Assembly (NCBI RefSeq): GCF_054482595.1
Contig: NZ_CM137008.1
Strand: one strand, 5' to 3'
Length of the DNA stretch: 64,000 bases
Shown: positions 47,080 through 58,408 of the stretch, one piece after another
How the letters are laid out: the number at the start of each line of letters is the position of its first letter
Position numbering within the stretch: position 1 is the first letter of the stretch
Notes under the pieces: model-generated
Database searches by the model: none
What the model was told of the DNA's origin: nothing
What the model saw: only the letters and a program-made list of their open reading frames with translations
Translations under genes and position numbers: made by a program

Positions 47080-47329
47080 TAACATCACAAATGTCGCGAC
47101 TCTCTCTGATTACCACGAACCAATATTTATCATATTCTTCTTTTCGTCCTCACTACTTACCATGCAGAAAGGAATTGGAAGTAGCGATGAAATGATTTTC
47201 AGCACTTGATACAGGAATGTAAAAATATCGAGTGCAGCTACGACGATATTTTGCGGATTATTTATAGAGGCGTTATGCCTTAAATAAACGCTAAATTAAC
47301 ACATATTTAATTAACTAATAGGTATTGCT

Positions 47330-48580
47330 ATGTCAACTCCACTTCAAGGAATTAAAGTTCTCGATTTCACCGGTGTGCAATCTGGCCCATCTTGTACTCA
47401 AATGCTGGCCTGGTTTGGCGCTGACGTTATTAAAATTGAACGTCCCGGCGTTGGTGACGTAACGCGTCACCAGCTGCGAGATATTCCTGATATCGATGCG
47501 CTTTACTTCACCATGCTTAACAGTAACAAACGTTCTATTGAGTTAAATACCAAAACAGCGGAAGGCAAAGAGGTAATGGAAAAGCTGATCCGCGAAGCTG
47601 ATATCTTAGTCGAGAACTTTCATCCAGGGGCCATTGATCACATGGGTTTCACCTGGGAGCATATTCAAGAAATCAATCCACGTCTGATTTTTGGTTCGAT
47701 CAAAGGGTTTGATGAGTGTTCGCCTTATGTGAATGTAAAAGCCTATGAAAACGTTGCTCAGGCAGCGGGTGGCGCGGCATCCACTACGGGTTTTTGGGAC
47801 GGTCCGCCGCTGGTAAGCGCTGCAGCGTTGGGTGACAGCAACACCGGAATGCATTTACTGATCGGTTTACTTGCTGCTTTGCTGCATCGCGAAAAAACGG
47901 GGCGTGGGCAACGAGTCACCATGTCAATGCAGGATGCCGTATTGAACCTTTGCCGCGTGAAATTACGCGACCAGCAGCGTCTCGATAAATTGGGTTATCT
48001 GGAAGAATACCCGCAGTATCCGAATGGCACATTTGGTGATGCAGTTCCCCGCGGAGGTAATGCGGGTGGTGGCGGTCAGCCTGGCTGGATCCTGAAATGT
48101 AAAGGTTGGGAAACCGATCCTAACGCCTATATTTATTTCACTATTCAGGAGCAAAACTGGGAAAACACCTGCAAAGCCATCGGCAAACCAGATTGGATTA
48201 CCGATCCGGCATACAGTACAGCCCATGCCCGACAGCCACATATTTTCGATATTTTTGCTGAAATCGAAAAATACACTGTCACTATTGATAAACATGAAGC
48301 GGTGGCCTATTTGACTCAATTTGATATTCCTTGTGCACCGGTTTTAAGTATGAAAGAAATTTCACTTGATCCCTCTTTGCGCCAAAGTGGCAGTGTTGTC
48401 GAAGTGGAACAACCGTTGCGTGGAAAATATCTGACAGTTGGTTGTCCAATGAAATTCTCTGCCTTTACGCCAGATATTAAAGCTGCGCCGCTATTAGGTG
48501 AACATACCGCTGCTGTATTGCAGGAGCTGGGTTATAGCGACGATGAAATTGCTGCAATGAAGCAAAACCACGCCATCTGA
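47330..48580 (+). CDS. frc: Formyl-CoA:oxalate CoA-transferase (family III CoA transferase)
   Basis: 416 aa; matches Frc (YfdW). Confidence 0.95.
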   Translation: MSTPLQGIKVLDFTGVQSGPSCTQMLAWFGADVIKIERPGVGDVTRHQLRDIPDIDALYFTMLNSNKRSIELNTKTAEGKEVMEKLIREADILVENFHPGAIDHMGFTWEHIQEINPRLIFGSIKGFDECSPYVNVKAYENVAQAAGGAASTTGFWDGPPLVSAAALGDSNTGMHLLIGLLAALLHREKTGRGQRVTMSMQDAVLNLCRVKLRDQQRLDKLGYLEEYPQYPNGTFGDAVPRGGNAGGGGQPGWILKCKGWETDPNAYIYFTIQEQNWENTCKAIGKPDWITDPAYSTAHARQPHIFDIFAEIEKYTVTIDKHEAVAYLTQFDIPCAPVLSMKEISLDPSLRQSGSVVEVEQPLRGKYLTVGCPMKFSAFTPDIKAAPLLGEHTAAVLQELGYSDDEIAAMKQNHAI

Positions 48581-48633
48581 TATTAACGGGGGCTTCTGGC
48601 TCCCAATTTATAAAAATTTCGAGGTTATTAATC

Positions 48634-50328
48634 ATGTCAGATCAACTTCAAATGACAGATGGTATGCATATCATCGTTGAAGCATTAAAACAGAATAATA
48701 TTGACACTATTTATGGTGTTGTAGGTATTCCTGTGACGGATATGGCGCGCCATGCCCAGGCGGAAGGCATTCGTTATATTGGTTTTCGTCATGAGCAGTC
48801 GGCAGGCTATGCCGCTGCGGCAAGCGGTTTTCTTACCCAAAAACCAGGGATCTGCCTGACAGTGTCTGCGCCAGGATTCCTCAATGGTTTGACCGCATTG
48901 GCCAACGCAACGGTAAATGGTTTTCCGATGATCATGATTAGCGGCTCCAGCGACCGCGCGATCGTCGACCTACAGCAAGGTGATTATGAAGAGCTGGACC
49001 AAATGAATGCGGCAAAACCGTATGCCAAAGCAGCATTTCGCGTTAATCAGCCGCAGGATCTTGGCATTGCATTGGCACGCGCTATCCGGGTCTCAGTATC
49101 GGGTCGCCCTGGCGGAGTTTATCTTGATTTGCCAGCAAATGTCCTGGCCGCGACGATGGAAAAAGACGAAGCGTTAACCACGATTGTAAAAGTTGAAAAT
49201 CCGTCGCCAGCATTATTGCCATGCCCGAAGTCAGTCACTAGCGCAATTTCGCTTTTAGCAAAAGCTGAACGGCCATTAATTATCCTTGGCAAAGGCGCGG
49301 CGTATTCACAAGCTGACGAACAGCTTCGTGAATTTATTGAAAGTGCCCAGATTCCATTCCTGCCAATGTCTATGGCGAAAGGGATCCTCGAAGATACGCA
49401 TCCACTTTCTGCGGCAGCTGCGCGTTCGTTTGCCCTGGCAAATGCTGACGTTGTCATGCTTGTTGGTGCACGACTGAATTGGTTACTGGCACACGGTAAA
49501 AAAGGATGGGCGGCAGATACACAGTTTATTCAACTGGATATTGAACCGCAGGAAATTGACAGCAACCGCCCCATTGCTGTGCCAGTCGTTGGCGATATTG
49601 CATCCAGTATGCAAGGTATGCTGGCAGAACTGAAACAAAACACATTTACGACTCCACTGGTATGGCGCGATATTTTAAATATCCACAAGCAGCAAAATGC
49701 ACAAAAAATGCATGAAAAATTGAGTACAGATACCCAACCATTAAATTACTTTAATGCATTGAGTGCTGTGCGCGATGTATTGCGTGAGAACCAGGATATT
49801 TATTTAGTTAATGAAGGGGCAAATACCCTGGATAATGCACGAAATATTATTGATATGTATAAACCACGTCGTCGTCTGGATTGTGGCACCTGGGGTGTCA
49901 TGGGCATCGGTATGGGCTATGCCATCGGTGCTAGCGTGACTTCTGGTTCTCCGGTTGTCGCCATTGAAGGTGATAGTGCTTTTGGTTTCAGTGGGATGGA
50001 AATTGAAACGATTTGTCGATATAACCTGCCGGTGACAATCGTTATTTTTAATAATGGCGGCATCTACAGAGGAGACGGTGTTGATCTCAGTGGCGCTGGT
50101 GCACCATCACCAACGGATCTGTTGCACCATGCAAGGTATGACAAATTAATGGATGCGTTTCGTGGCGTTGGCTATAACGTCACCACGACAGATGAACTTC
50201 GTCATGCTTTAACCACCGGTATTCAGTCGCGCAAACCGACCATTATTAACGTGGTCATCGACCCTGCAGCAGGAACTGAAAGTGGCCATATTACCAAACT
50301 GAACCCAAAACAAGTCGCTGGTAATTAA
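48634..50328 (+). CDS. oxc: Oxalyl-CoA decarboxylase (ThDP-dependent)
   Basis: 564 aa; ThDP-binding motif GDSAFGFSGMEIETICRYNLP; matches Oxc (YfdU). Confidence 0.95.
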   Translation: MSDQLQMTDGMHIIVEALKQNNIDTIYGVVGIPVTDMARHAQAEGIRYIGFRHEQSAGYAAAASGFLTQKPGICLTVSAPGFLNGLTALANATVNGFPMIMISGSSDRAIVDLQQGDYEELDQMNAAKPYAKAAFRVNQPQDLGIALARAIRVSVSGRPGGVYLDLPANVLAATMEKDEALTTIVKVENPSPALLPCPKSVTSAISLLAKAERPLIILGKGAAYSQADEQLREFIESAQIPFLPMSMAKGILEDTHPLSAAAARSFALANADVVMLVGARLNWLLAHGKKGWAADTQFIQLDIEPQEIDSNRPIAVPVVGDIASSMQGMLAELKQNTFTTPLVWRDILNIHKQQNAQKMHEKLSTDTQPLNYFNALSAVRDVLRENQDIYLVNEGANTLDNARNIIDMYKPRRRLDCGTWGVMGIGMGYAIGASVTSGSPVVAIEGDSAFGFSGMEIETICRYNLPVTIVIFNNGGIYRGDGVDLSGAGAPSPTDLLHHARYDKLMDAFRGVGYNVTTTDELRHALTTGIQSRKPTIINVVIDPAAGTESGHITKLNPKQVAGN

Positions 50329-50397
50329 ATACTGACATCGTCTCCTCTTGCCAACTCATTATGCGATGGTGAGGGGACCCTTATCGGAAATACTATT

Positions 50398-51342
50398 ATG
50401 CTAACATTTTTTATTGGCGATTTATTGCCTATTATCGTAATCATGCTGTTGGGTTATTTTAGCGGCAGACGAGAAACATTTTCAGAAGATCAAGCTCGGG
50501 CATTTAATAAACTGGTATTAAACTACGCGCTTCCTGCGGCTCTATTTGTATCTATTACCCGGGCAAACAGGGAAATGATTTTTGCGGACACTCGTCTGAC
50601 CCTTGTATCACTTGTGGTTATTGTCGGATGTTTCTTTTTCTCCTGGTTCGGTTGCTACAAATTTTTTAAACGTACTCATGCAGAAGCAGCTGTATGTGCA
50701 TTAATTGCAGGTTCACCTACTATTGGATTCCTGGGATTTGCAGTTCTCGATCCTATTTATGGTGATTCCGTATCAACAGGTTTAGTGGTAGCAATTATTT
50801 CTATTATTGTTAACGCAATTACTATTCCTATTGGTCTGTATTTGCTGAATCCTTCCTCAGGAGCGGATGGTAAGAAGAATAGTAATCTGAGCGCATTAAT
50901 TTCTGCGGCAAAGGAGCCTGTAGTATGGGCACCTGTTCTGGCAACGATCCTGGTGCTGGTTGGGGTAAAAATTCCGGCAGCATGGGACCCAACCTTTAAT
51001 CTGATTGCGAAGGCTAACTCAGGGGTAGCGGTATTCGCTGCGGGGTTGACTCTGGCTGCACATAAATTCGAGTTCAGTGCCGAAATTGCTTATAACACCT
51101 TCCTGAAGCTGATTCTGATGCCACTGGCGCTGCTTCTTGTTGGTATGGCATGTCATCTGAACAGCGAACATCTGCAGATGATGGTACTGGCAGGCGCATT
51201 ACCGCCGGCATTCTCCGGAATCATTATTGCCAGCCGGTTTAATGTCTACACCCGCACTGGTACAGCGTCATTGGCTGTGAGCGTACTGGGTTTTGTCGTC
51301 ACGGCTCCCTTGTGGATTTATGTCAGTCGACTGGTTTCATAA
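50398..51342 (+). CDS. yfdV: AEC-family putative transporter
   Basis: 314 aa polytopic membrane protein; matches YfdV. Confidence 0.9.
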
Positions 51343-51370
51343 TTAATCATGTTATTGATTTTACATAAAT

Positions 51371-51401
51371 GCCGAAGTGTCTTTTCACCTTCGGCTTTTT
51401 T
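51371..51401 (+). terminator. Terminator/attenuator-like hairpin between yfdV and yfdE
   Basis: gccgaag-N11-cttcggc followed by tttttt, ending 15 nt upstream of the yfdE start. Confidence 0.45.
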
Positions 51402-51415
51402 CAAGGCATAAGCAA

Positions 51416-52561
51416 ATGACAAATAATGAAAGCAAAGGGCCGTTTGAAGGCTTATTAGTTATCGATATGACACATGTCCTTAATGGACCTTTCGGAACTC
51501 AACTTCTTTGTAATATGGGCGCAAGGGTAATTAAAGTTGAGCCACCAGGTCATGGTGATGATACCCGCACATTTGGTCCCTATGTGGATGGACAGTCACT
51601 CTATTACAGTTTTATTAATCATGGTAAAGAGAGTGTGGTTCTTGATTTAAAGAATGATCACGATAAAAGTATATTTATAAATATGCTTAAACAAGCTGAT
51701 GTATTAGCTGAGAATTTTCGCCCAGGTACAATGGAAAAACTGGGGTTTTCATGGGAAAGGTTACAAGAAATCAACCCGCGCCTCATATATGCTTCATCGT
51801 CAGGTTTCGGACATACCGGTCCGCTAAAAGATGCTCCTGCCTACGATACCATCATTCAGGCAATGAGCGGGATAATGATGGAAACAGGGTACCCTGATGC
51901 TCCGCCAGTGCGTGTTGGTACCTCTCTTGCGGATCTATGCGGCGGTGTTTATTTATTCAGCGGAATAGTGAGTGCACTTTATGGCCGCGAAAAGAGCCAA
52001 AGAGGGGCGCATGTCGATATAGCGATGTTTGATGCCACGCTGAGTTTTCTGGAGCATGGTCTGATGGCATATATTGCGACAGGGAAGTCACCACAACGCC
52101 TGGGAAATCGCCATCCCTACATGGCACCTTTTGATGTTTTCGATACTCAGGATAAGCCGATTACGATTTGTTGTGGTAATGACAAGCTTTTTTCTGCGTT
52201 ATGCCAGGCACTGGAGCTTACGGAACTGGTTAATGATCCCAGATTTAGCAGCAATATTTTACGCGTACAAAACCAGGCTATTCTTAAACAATATATTGAG
52301 CGGACGTTAAAAACGCAGGCAGCTGAAGTTTGGTTAGCCAAAATACATGAAGTCGGTGTGCCCGTCGCGCCGTTATTAAGTGTGGCTGAGGCCATTAATT
52401 TGCCACAAACTCAGGCGAGAAATATGTTGATTGAAGCCGGGGGAATAATGATGCCGGGTAATCCGATAAAAATCAGTGGCTGCGCGGACCCGCATGTTAT
52501 GCCGGGAGCGGCAACGCTCGACCAGCATGGGGAGCAAATTCGCCAGGAGTTCTCATCATAA
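51416..52561 (+). CDS. yfdE: Acetyl-CoA:oxalate CoA-transferase (family III CoA transferase)
   Basis: 381 aa from internal ATG (MTNNESKGPFEGLLVIDMTH...); paralogous to frc. Confidence 0.9.
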   Translation: MTNNESKGPFEGLLVIDMTHVLNGPFGTQLLCNMGARVIKVEPPGHGDDTRTFGPYVDGQSLYYSFINHGKESVVLDLKNDHDKSIFINMLKQADVLAENFRPGTMEKLGFSWERLQEINPRLIYASSSGFGHTGPLKDAPAYDTIIQAMSGIMMETGYPDAPPVRVGTSLADLCGGVYLFSGIVSALYGREKSQRGAHVDIAMFDATLSFLEHGLMAYIATGKSPQRLGNRHPYMAPFDVFDTQDKPITICCGNDKLFSALCQALELTELVNDPRFSSNILRVQNQAILKQYIERTLKTQAAEVWLAKIHEVGVPVAPLLSVAEAINLPQTQARNMLIEAGGIMMPGNPIKISGCADPHVMPGAATLDQHGEQIRQEFSS

Positions 52562-52582
52562 ATGTAAGATGTGCTGGTAAAT

Positions 52583-52610
52583 AGCTCCCACATTTGAACA
52601 TTGTGGGAGC
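52583..52610. terminator. Hairpin between convergent yfdE and evgS
   Basis: agctcccaca-tttgaacat-tgtgggagc. Confidence 0.4.
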
Positions 52611-52616
52611 CGCTAT

Positions 52617-55600
52617 TTAGTCATTTTGCTGACAGAAAACAGCAATCTCCTGGTCCAGCTCTGCAATGTGTTCTTTTACAGAGTTCAGCAACTGAAGAAT
52701 TTCAGGCTTACTGTCATCTGAAACAGGTGTTATTTCTAACTGATGGCTAATATTAATCAACTTTTGCAAATTCAGGATGTTAGCCGCACCGTGGATGCGA
52801 TGAATACATTGATGGAAAGTTCTGTTATCGCCAGCTTCTAGTGCATGAAACGCAGCGGGTAGATCTTTATGCGTTTCATGCTGGAAAGTCATGAGAATCT
52901 CCTGCATCAGTTGTAGATCGTTCGCCGTATTATTTTTCAGGGCTTCGATATCAAGGTGGCGATACTGAGGTGCAATATGCGCAACCTGGTGTAACTGACT
53001 TAAATGTGTTTTCAGTACATCCAGGGTCAACGGTTTGAACAAACATAAGTTCATGCCGCAATTTAACCCTTTTTCACGTTCGTTAGCCTGTGCGTTGGCT
53101 GTAAGCCCCCAGATGGGTAAGGAAGAATTTTGCTCACGGAGTTTGCGAGTCAACTCAAAACCATCCATATTCGGCATATTAACGTCAGTAATAAGCAGAT
53201 CATAATGTTGCATACTGACTTTGTGTAGCGCTTGCACACCATCAGTGGCTTCATCAACATCATATCCTAATAGATTTAGCTGGCGTTTGAGTAATAGCCT
53301 GTTGGTCGGATGATCATCCGCGATTAATATGCTCAACTTTTCAGGTAGTGTGATGGGTTGTTCTGCTTTTGCCTCGACAGTCGCCACTTGTTGGATAATT
53401 TCTACCGGGATTGTGATCGTAAATGTTGTTCCTATGCCTGGATGACTTTCTAATGACAAATCACCCTGCATGTTTTTAATTAATTCTTTGCAGATCATTA
53501 AGCCTAAACCAGAACCTGTTTGCTGACGACCTGCACTTGTTTGGCTATAGCGTTTAAACAGTTGTTGTTGTTCTTCCTGCGATAATCCACTTCCAGAATC
53601 CATAATCGTCATTTTGATTACAGCGTGGTTGTCATCAATGTGAACCAGGGAGGTCGTAATTTTTACTGCCCCCTCGGTGGTAAATTTGAGAGCATTACTC
53701 AGTAAATTTGATAAGACCTGCTTAAACGCCTGAGGGTCGATCTTAACCAGGTAATGTTCAGGAAACGTACTGCTGCAACTTAATGCGATCGATTTGCTTG
53801 CAGCAATCGCACCGAAAGAGTGACAAGTGTTCTGGACTAAAGTAGGGATATCGACCCATTGTGGTTGAAGTTGATAGTTACCCGATTCAATTTTGTCGAC
53901 ATCAAGGATTTCACCAATTAAGCCGAGGAGTGATTGTCCGGTGGCGTAGGCAAGTGAAATCGCCTCCACCCGTTGCTCCTTGCTAAGACCAGAACCCGAC
54001 AGAAGTTCCAGGAAGCCCATAATGGAGCTTATTGGTGTTCTTATTTCGTGACTCATTGTTGCCAGAAACTGACTTTTTGCGACAGTTGCATTGATCGCTT
54101 TATTTCTCTCTACTTCGAGTGCATGAATTAAATCACGCGTCTCGGTAATATCTTGCCAACCACAAATATAAACAGCATGATCGCTGGCTGGCAGATTGCA
54201 TAATGTATGCCAGTGATTAATGCATCTTTTCTCGATGCCATTATCAATTTCAAATACCTGTGTGTATATTGTTCGATTTTCTTTCGTTTCTGCTGTGACT
54301 TCATGCGCATTAGAAAAAACATCTTTAAAGGGTGATTCACTGTTTTCTAATGGCAACATTGCATTTTTGTAGTAATCAGCAGTGAAATAATGTTCAAATG
54401 CACTATTGTGACTAATGACATTACCTTGCCAGTTTACAACATAAGTTGGATTCGGTAAGGAGTCCGAGAGCGCTTTCCGGAATGATATTTGGTTTTCTAA
54501 ATCACCCTGAATGACTTTACGACGACGAACTGAGCGTAACAGGTAGAATCCCCATAAAAGGCTACTGCCAACTAATAAAACGGATAATGTCGTAACAATA
54601 TAAAATTGCTCGCTATAGAGGTCCCATGTGTCAATGGTCACATTGGGCATTTTAATCCATTTTTCGGTCAGGCGCAGAACTTCGCTTGGGGGGATTGCAT
54701 TCAGTGCTTTATTAATAATATCCTTAAGTTCCGGTTCTCCGCGAGGAAAAGCGAACGAAAGCGATGCATTCGGAACGCCGGGAATAAGAAAATGATACAG
54801 TTCATTAGGATAGTAATGGTCGATCATGTAACGCGAATTTAACTGTGTCGCGACCAGAGCATCAAGTTCGCCTTCCTTGACCTTGTGAAATGCAGCGCTG
54901 GCGTTATCGACTTTTATCCACTCTACCTCCGGATACATCTCTTTTAATTGCGAATGAAGCTCATAATAATATGGAATGGCAACTTTCATTCCTTTTTTTA
55001 ATGTTTGTTCACTGTCAGGCGCTTTTTGCATGACAAAAACGTAAGGCGTTGTTATGAAGGCTTCAGCAAATAAAACATTATTTTCTCTATCTTCACTATA
55101 AATAGCACCGGGTAATATATCCCATCCGCCGGGATTCAGCTGTGTTCCAGCATGGATATTGTGTGAAACGGTGATCGGAGAAAAATTTAAACCTGTTTGC
55201 AAAGTAATAATATTAAGAATATCCCCCATAACGCCCCGAACCGAGCCATTTTCATCCGTCATAGAATAGGGAGGGGAGTAAGGATTTTCCAGCACCTTTA
55301 AATCGGGATGCTGCTTAATCCATTGTTTTTCATGTTCAGTGAGTTCTAATGGTTTGTTCAGAAAGGCCAGGTTTCCTGTATCAAGCCAATTTTGTGATAC
55401 TTCATAGCGAACTTCATTTGTCAAAGCATCAACAAATCGATTGAGTACTTCATTAAGAACGACAGATTCTTTTCTGGTCAAGAAAAAATTATATTGACGC
55501 GGTGAGTTATAATATTTCACTACATTTAAGGAGTGAGTGAAATAGCGGGAAATCATACTGCTGGTAATGATGTTACTACCAATAAAGTAATCATTCTGTC

Positions 55601-56210
55601 CGGCTGAGACGGATGCTAATGCCTGATATAAATTTGTAAAAGAGATAATTGTTGCTTTTGGAAATGATTGATGAATTACCTCGTCAGGGGGATAATTTGC
55701 TACTCGAGCAATATTTACTGGTTTTGATGAGGTAAGCGGTCGCATTGAATCGTGAAGGGTGGTGACCAGCGCCGGAAAGGTAATTATCAGTGGTTTGGTT
55801 GCAGCAATGTCATCATTAAGAGGCGGCGAAGCAACTAAATGTGATAACACTATATCGACTTCACCTTCTTCCAGCGCGTCCATTGCTTTTTGATGATCGG
55901 CGTATTCCCGGAGTGTTAATTTGATATTTAACGCTCTTTTTAAAAGATTTAAATAATCAGCATTAATACCACGCACCCGTTGCTGCGAATCGGTATGCAA
56001 CAACGTAGCCGTTTGGGACTTGTGTACTGCAATCACAAGATTTTTTTTGCTCGCTAACCAACGTAATTCCTTGTTGCTCAGACGTAGTGGATCAAGTGTG
56101 ACACGGTTGTTACTACTGATGCCACGATATTCGATGTAATCTTCGTCTGCGAAACTTATGGTCGACCAAAGACCACAACAGAGAAGAAAAATATAGGGTA
56201 AAAACTTCAT
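52617..56210 (-). CDS. evgS: Hybrid sensor histidine kinase EvgS (two periplasmic binding domains, PAS, HK, receiver, HPt)
   Basis: 1197 aa; H-box SHEIRTPISSIMG, receiver ILIADDHPTNRLLL; matches EvgS. Confidence 0.95.
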   Translation of the reverse strand: MKFLPYIFLLCCGLWSTISFADEDYIEYRGISSNNRVTLDPLRLSNKELRWLASKKNLVIAVHKSQTATLLHTDSQQRVRGINADYLNLLKRALNIKLTLREYADHQKAMDALEEGEVDIVLSHLVASPPLNDDIAATKPLIITFPALVTTLHDSMRPLTSSKPVNIARVANYPPDEVIHQSFPKATIISFTNLYQALASVSAGQNDYFIGSNIITSSMISRYFTHSLNVVKYYNSPRQYNFFLTRKESVVLNEVLNRFVDALTNEVRYEVSQNWLDTGNLAFLNKPLELTEHEKQWIKQHPDLKVLENPYSPPYSMTDENGSVRGVMGDILNIITLQTGLNFSPITVSHNIHAGTQLNPGGWDILPGAIYSEDRENNVLFAEAFITTPYVFVMQKAPDSEQTLKKGMKVAIPYYYELHSQLKEMYPEVEWIKVDNASAAFHKVKEGELDALVATQLNSRYMIDHYYPNELYHFLIPGVPNASLSFAFPRGEPELKDIINKALNAIPPSEVLRLTEKWIKMPNVTIDTWDLYSEQFYIVTTLSVLLVGSSLLWGFYLLRSVRRRKVIQGDLENQISFRKALSDSLPNPTYVVNWQGNVISHNSAFEHYFTADYYKNAMLPLENSESPFKDVFSNAHEVTAETKENRTIYTQVFEIDNGIEKRCINHWHTLCNLPASDHAVYICGWQDITETRDLIHALEVERNKAINATVAKSQFLATMSHEIRTPISSIMGFLELLSGSGLSKEQRVEAISLAYATGQSLLGLIGEILDVDKIESGNYQLQPQWVDIPTLVQNTCHSFGAIAASKSIALSCSSTFPEHYLVKIDPQAFKQVLSNLLSNALKFTTEGAVKITTSLVHIDDNHAVIKMTIMDSGSGLSQEEQQQLFKRYSQTSAGRQQTGSGLGLMICKELIKNMQGDLSLESHPGIGTTFTITIPVEIIQQVATVEAKAEQPITLPEKLSILIADDHPTNRLLLKRQLNLLGYDVDEATDGVQALHKVSMQHYDLLITDVNMPNMDGFELTRKLREQNSSLPIWGLTANAQANEREKGLNCGMNLCLFKPLTLDVLKTHLSQLHQVAHIAPQYRHLDIEALKNNTANDLQLMQEILMTFQHETHKDLPAAFHALEAGDNRTFHQCIHRIHGAANILNLQKLINISHQLEITPVSDDSKPEILQLLNSVKEHIAELDQEIAVFCQQND

Positions 56211-56214
56211 GTGG

Positions 56215-56829
56215 TTAGCCGATTTTGTTACGTTGTGCGAATGTGTAAAGATCCATCAGTGATTTACATTCTAATTTTTCCATCAGGCGACTTTTATAAG
56301 TGCTGACAGTTTTGTTGCTGATGAACATTTTTTCAGCAATGTCATTATTATCCTTGCCATCAAGAATATAGCGCATGACACTAATTTCTTGTTTCGATAA
56401 GGAGTCGAGTTTTTGCTGGTCGGACGTTAAACTTCCAACAAACCGGTTGAGAGAGAAGGGGAAATAGCAGTAGCCATTTTTTGCAGCTTCAATAGCCGCA
56501 ATGATATTGTTCATGCCTTCTTTTTTACTCACGAAACCATTAGCGCCAGCATCAGCACAATGTTTCCCGTAAAAATGGTCATTTTTAGCGGAGACGATAA
56601 TAATAATTCCGCTATATTGGCGCTTCCTCAGCGTTTCTAACACCTGGATACCGTTAACTCCGGGGATATCGACATCAATGATGACGATATCAGGCTTAAG
56701 TGTTTCCACCCGCTGAACGGCACTTCCGCCTTCAGTCAACTCTGCTAAGATTTCAATATCGTTTTTGATCAATAAATTACGAATTGCTGCGATAGCAAGA
56801 GGATGGTCATCAATAATTATTGCGTTCAT
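56215..56829 (-). CDS. evgA: Response regulator EvgA (NarL/FixJ family)
   Basis: 204 aa; MNAIIIDDHPLAIAAIRNLL receiver plus LuxR-type HTH. Confidence 0.95.
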   Translation of the reverse strand: MNAIIIDDHPLAIAAIRNLLIKNDIEILAELTEGGSAVQRVETLKPDIVIIDVDIPGVNGIQVLETLRKRQYSGIIIIVSAKNDHFYGKHCADAGANGFVSKKEGMNNIIAAIEAAKNGYCYFPFSLNRFVGSLTSDQQKLDSLSKQEISVMRYILDGKDNNDIAEKMFISNKTVSTYKSRLMEKLECKSLMDLYTFAQRNKIG

Positions 56830-57053
56830 AGATTATTCCCTTTGCAATGAAGCATCTCCCTTCTCCCTGTAGTAATACAGACATAAGGCATCATCTCATT
56901 TTCTCAATAAAAATAAGAAAATTTGAGCTTCCTTTAAGATAATTCGACAAGTATACCATATAAATAGTCGGCATATATGAAATGTCAACAATAAAATCAG
57001 GGATTGTACCGATGATTTATAGTTTCACATTAGCACTATAAGTCTTCTCACTA

Positions 57054-57071
57054 ATCCTACAGGCGTAAGAA
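57054..57071 (+). promoter_or_regulatory. EvgA box in the evgA-emrK divergent intergenic region
   Basis: ATCCTACA-GG-CGTAAGAA, 16/18 match to the EvgA consensus. Confidence 0.55.
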
Positions 57072-57244
57072 TTGTATTGCAAAAGCCACGGTTTAGTCCT
57101 CTGTTGTTTTTTTTGCACCTCATTTAAATTAGGCCTCCAACGTTCCTGGGATAATGTGCAACACATGCACTGTGTTTGATATGAAGAATGAATACTCTTT
57201 TCATTCAATTCATAAATTTCATCTATGCGAAATGAGAGATAAAA

Positions 57245-58408
57245 GTGGAACAGATTAATTCAAATAAAAAACATTCTAACAGAAGAAAATACTTTTCTTT
57301 ATTGGCGGTAGTTTTATTTATTGCGTTTTCAGGTGCCTATGCCTATTGGTCAATGGAATTAGAAGACATGATTAGTACAGATGACGCCTATGTCACGGGG
57401 AATGCAGATCCAATTTCTGCACAAGTCTCAGGTAGTGTCACTGTCGTTAATCATAAAGATACGAACTACGTTCGACAAGGTGACATTTTAGTTTCACTGG
57501 ATAAAACTGATGCCACTATCGCACTCAATAAAGCTAAAAATAATCTGGCAAATATTGTTCGGCAAACGAATAAACTGTACTTACAGGATAAACAATACAG
57601 TGCCGAAGTCGCTTCAGCACGTATTCAGTATCAACAATCTTTAGAAGATTATAACCGTCGTGTGCCTTTAGCGAAGCAGGGGGTTATTTCAAAAGAAACG
57701 CTGGAGCATACCAAAGATACGTTAATAAGTAGCAAAGCGGCATTGAATGCCGCTATCCAGGCTTATAAAGCGAATAAAGCTTTAGTAATGAACACACCAT
57801 TAAACCGTCAGCCACAAGTCGTGGAAGCGGCGGATGCAACCAAAGAAGCCTGGTTGGCGCTTAAACGTACGGATATTAAGAGTCCGGTTACCGGCTATAT
57901 TGCCCAGAGAAGTGTTCAGGTCGGCGAAACAGTGAGCCCCGGACAATCGTTAATGGCTGTCGTACCGGCACGTCAAATGTGGGTTAATGCCAACTTTAAA
58001 GAAACACAACTCACGGATGTACGGATTGGTCAATCGGTCAATATTATCAGCGATCTTTATGGTGAAAATGTTGTGTTTCATGGTCGGGTGACAGGGATCA
58101 ATATGGGAACCGGCAATGCGTTCTCCTTATTACCTGCACAAAATGCGACAGGGAACTGGATCAAAATCGTTCAGCGTGTACCGGTTGAAGTTTCTCTTGA
58201 TCCAAAAGAACTCATGGAACACCCCTTGCGCATTGGTTTATCGATGACTGCAACTATTGATACGAAGGACGAAGACATTGCTGAGATGCCTGATCTGGCT
58301 TCAACCGTGACCTCCATGCCTGCTTATACCAGTAAGGCTTTAGTTATCGATACCAGTCCGATAGAAAAAGAAATTAGCAACATTATTTCGCATAATGGAC
58401 AACTTTAA
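57245..58408 (+). CDS. emrK: Multidrug efflux membrane fusion protein (EmrA paralogue)
   Basis: 387 aa; N-terminal TM anchor then coiled-coil/HlyD fold; matches EmrK. Confidence 0.93.
   Translation: MEQINSNKKHSNRRKYFSLLAVVLFIAFSGAYAYWSMELEDMISTDDAYVTGNADPISAQVSGSVTVVNHKDTNYVRQGDILVSLDKTDATIALNKAKNNLANIVRQTNKLYLQDKQYSAEVASARIQYQQSLEDYNRRVPLAKQGVISKETLEHTKDTLISSKAALNAAIQAYKANKALVMNTPLNRQPQVVEAADATKEAWLALKRTDIKSPVTGYIAQRSVQVGETVSPGQSLMAVVPARQMWVNANFKETQLTDVRIGQSVNIISDLYGENVVFHGRVTGINMGTGNAFSLLPAQNATGNWIKIVQRVPVEVSLDPKELMEHPLRIGLSMTATIDTKDEDIAEMPDLASTVTSMPAYTSKALVIDTSPIEKEISNIISHNGQL

Noticed and set aside
46998-47195. 65-aa ORF in the yfdX-frc intergenic region
   Set aside because: No RBS and no similarity I can recognise; the region is better explained as regulatory, since it holds the EvgA box.
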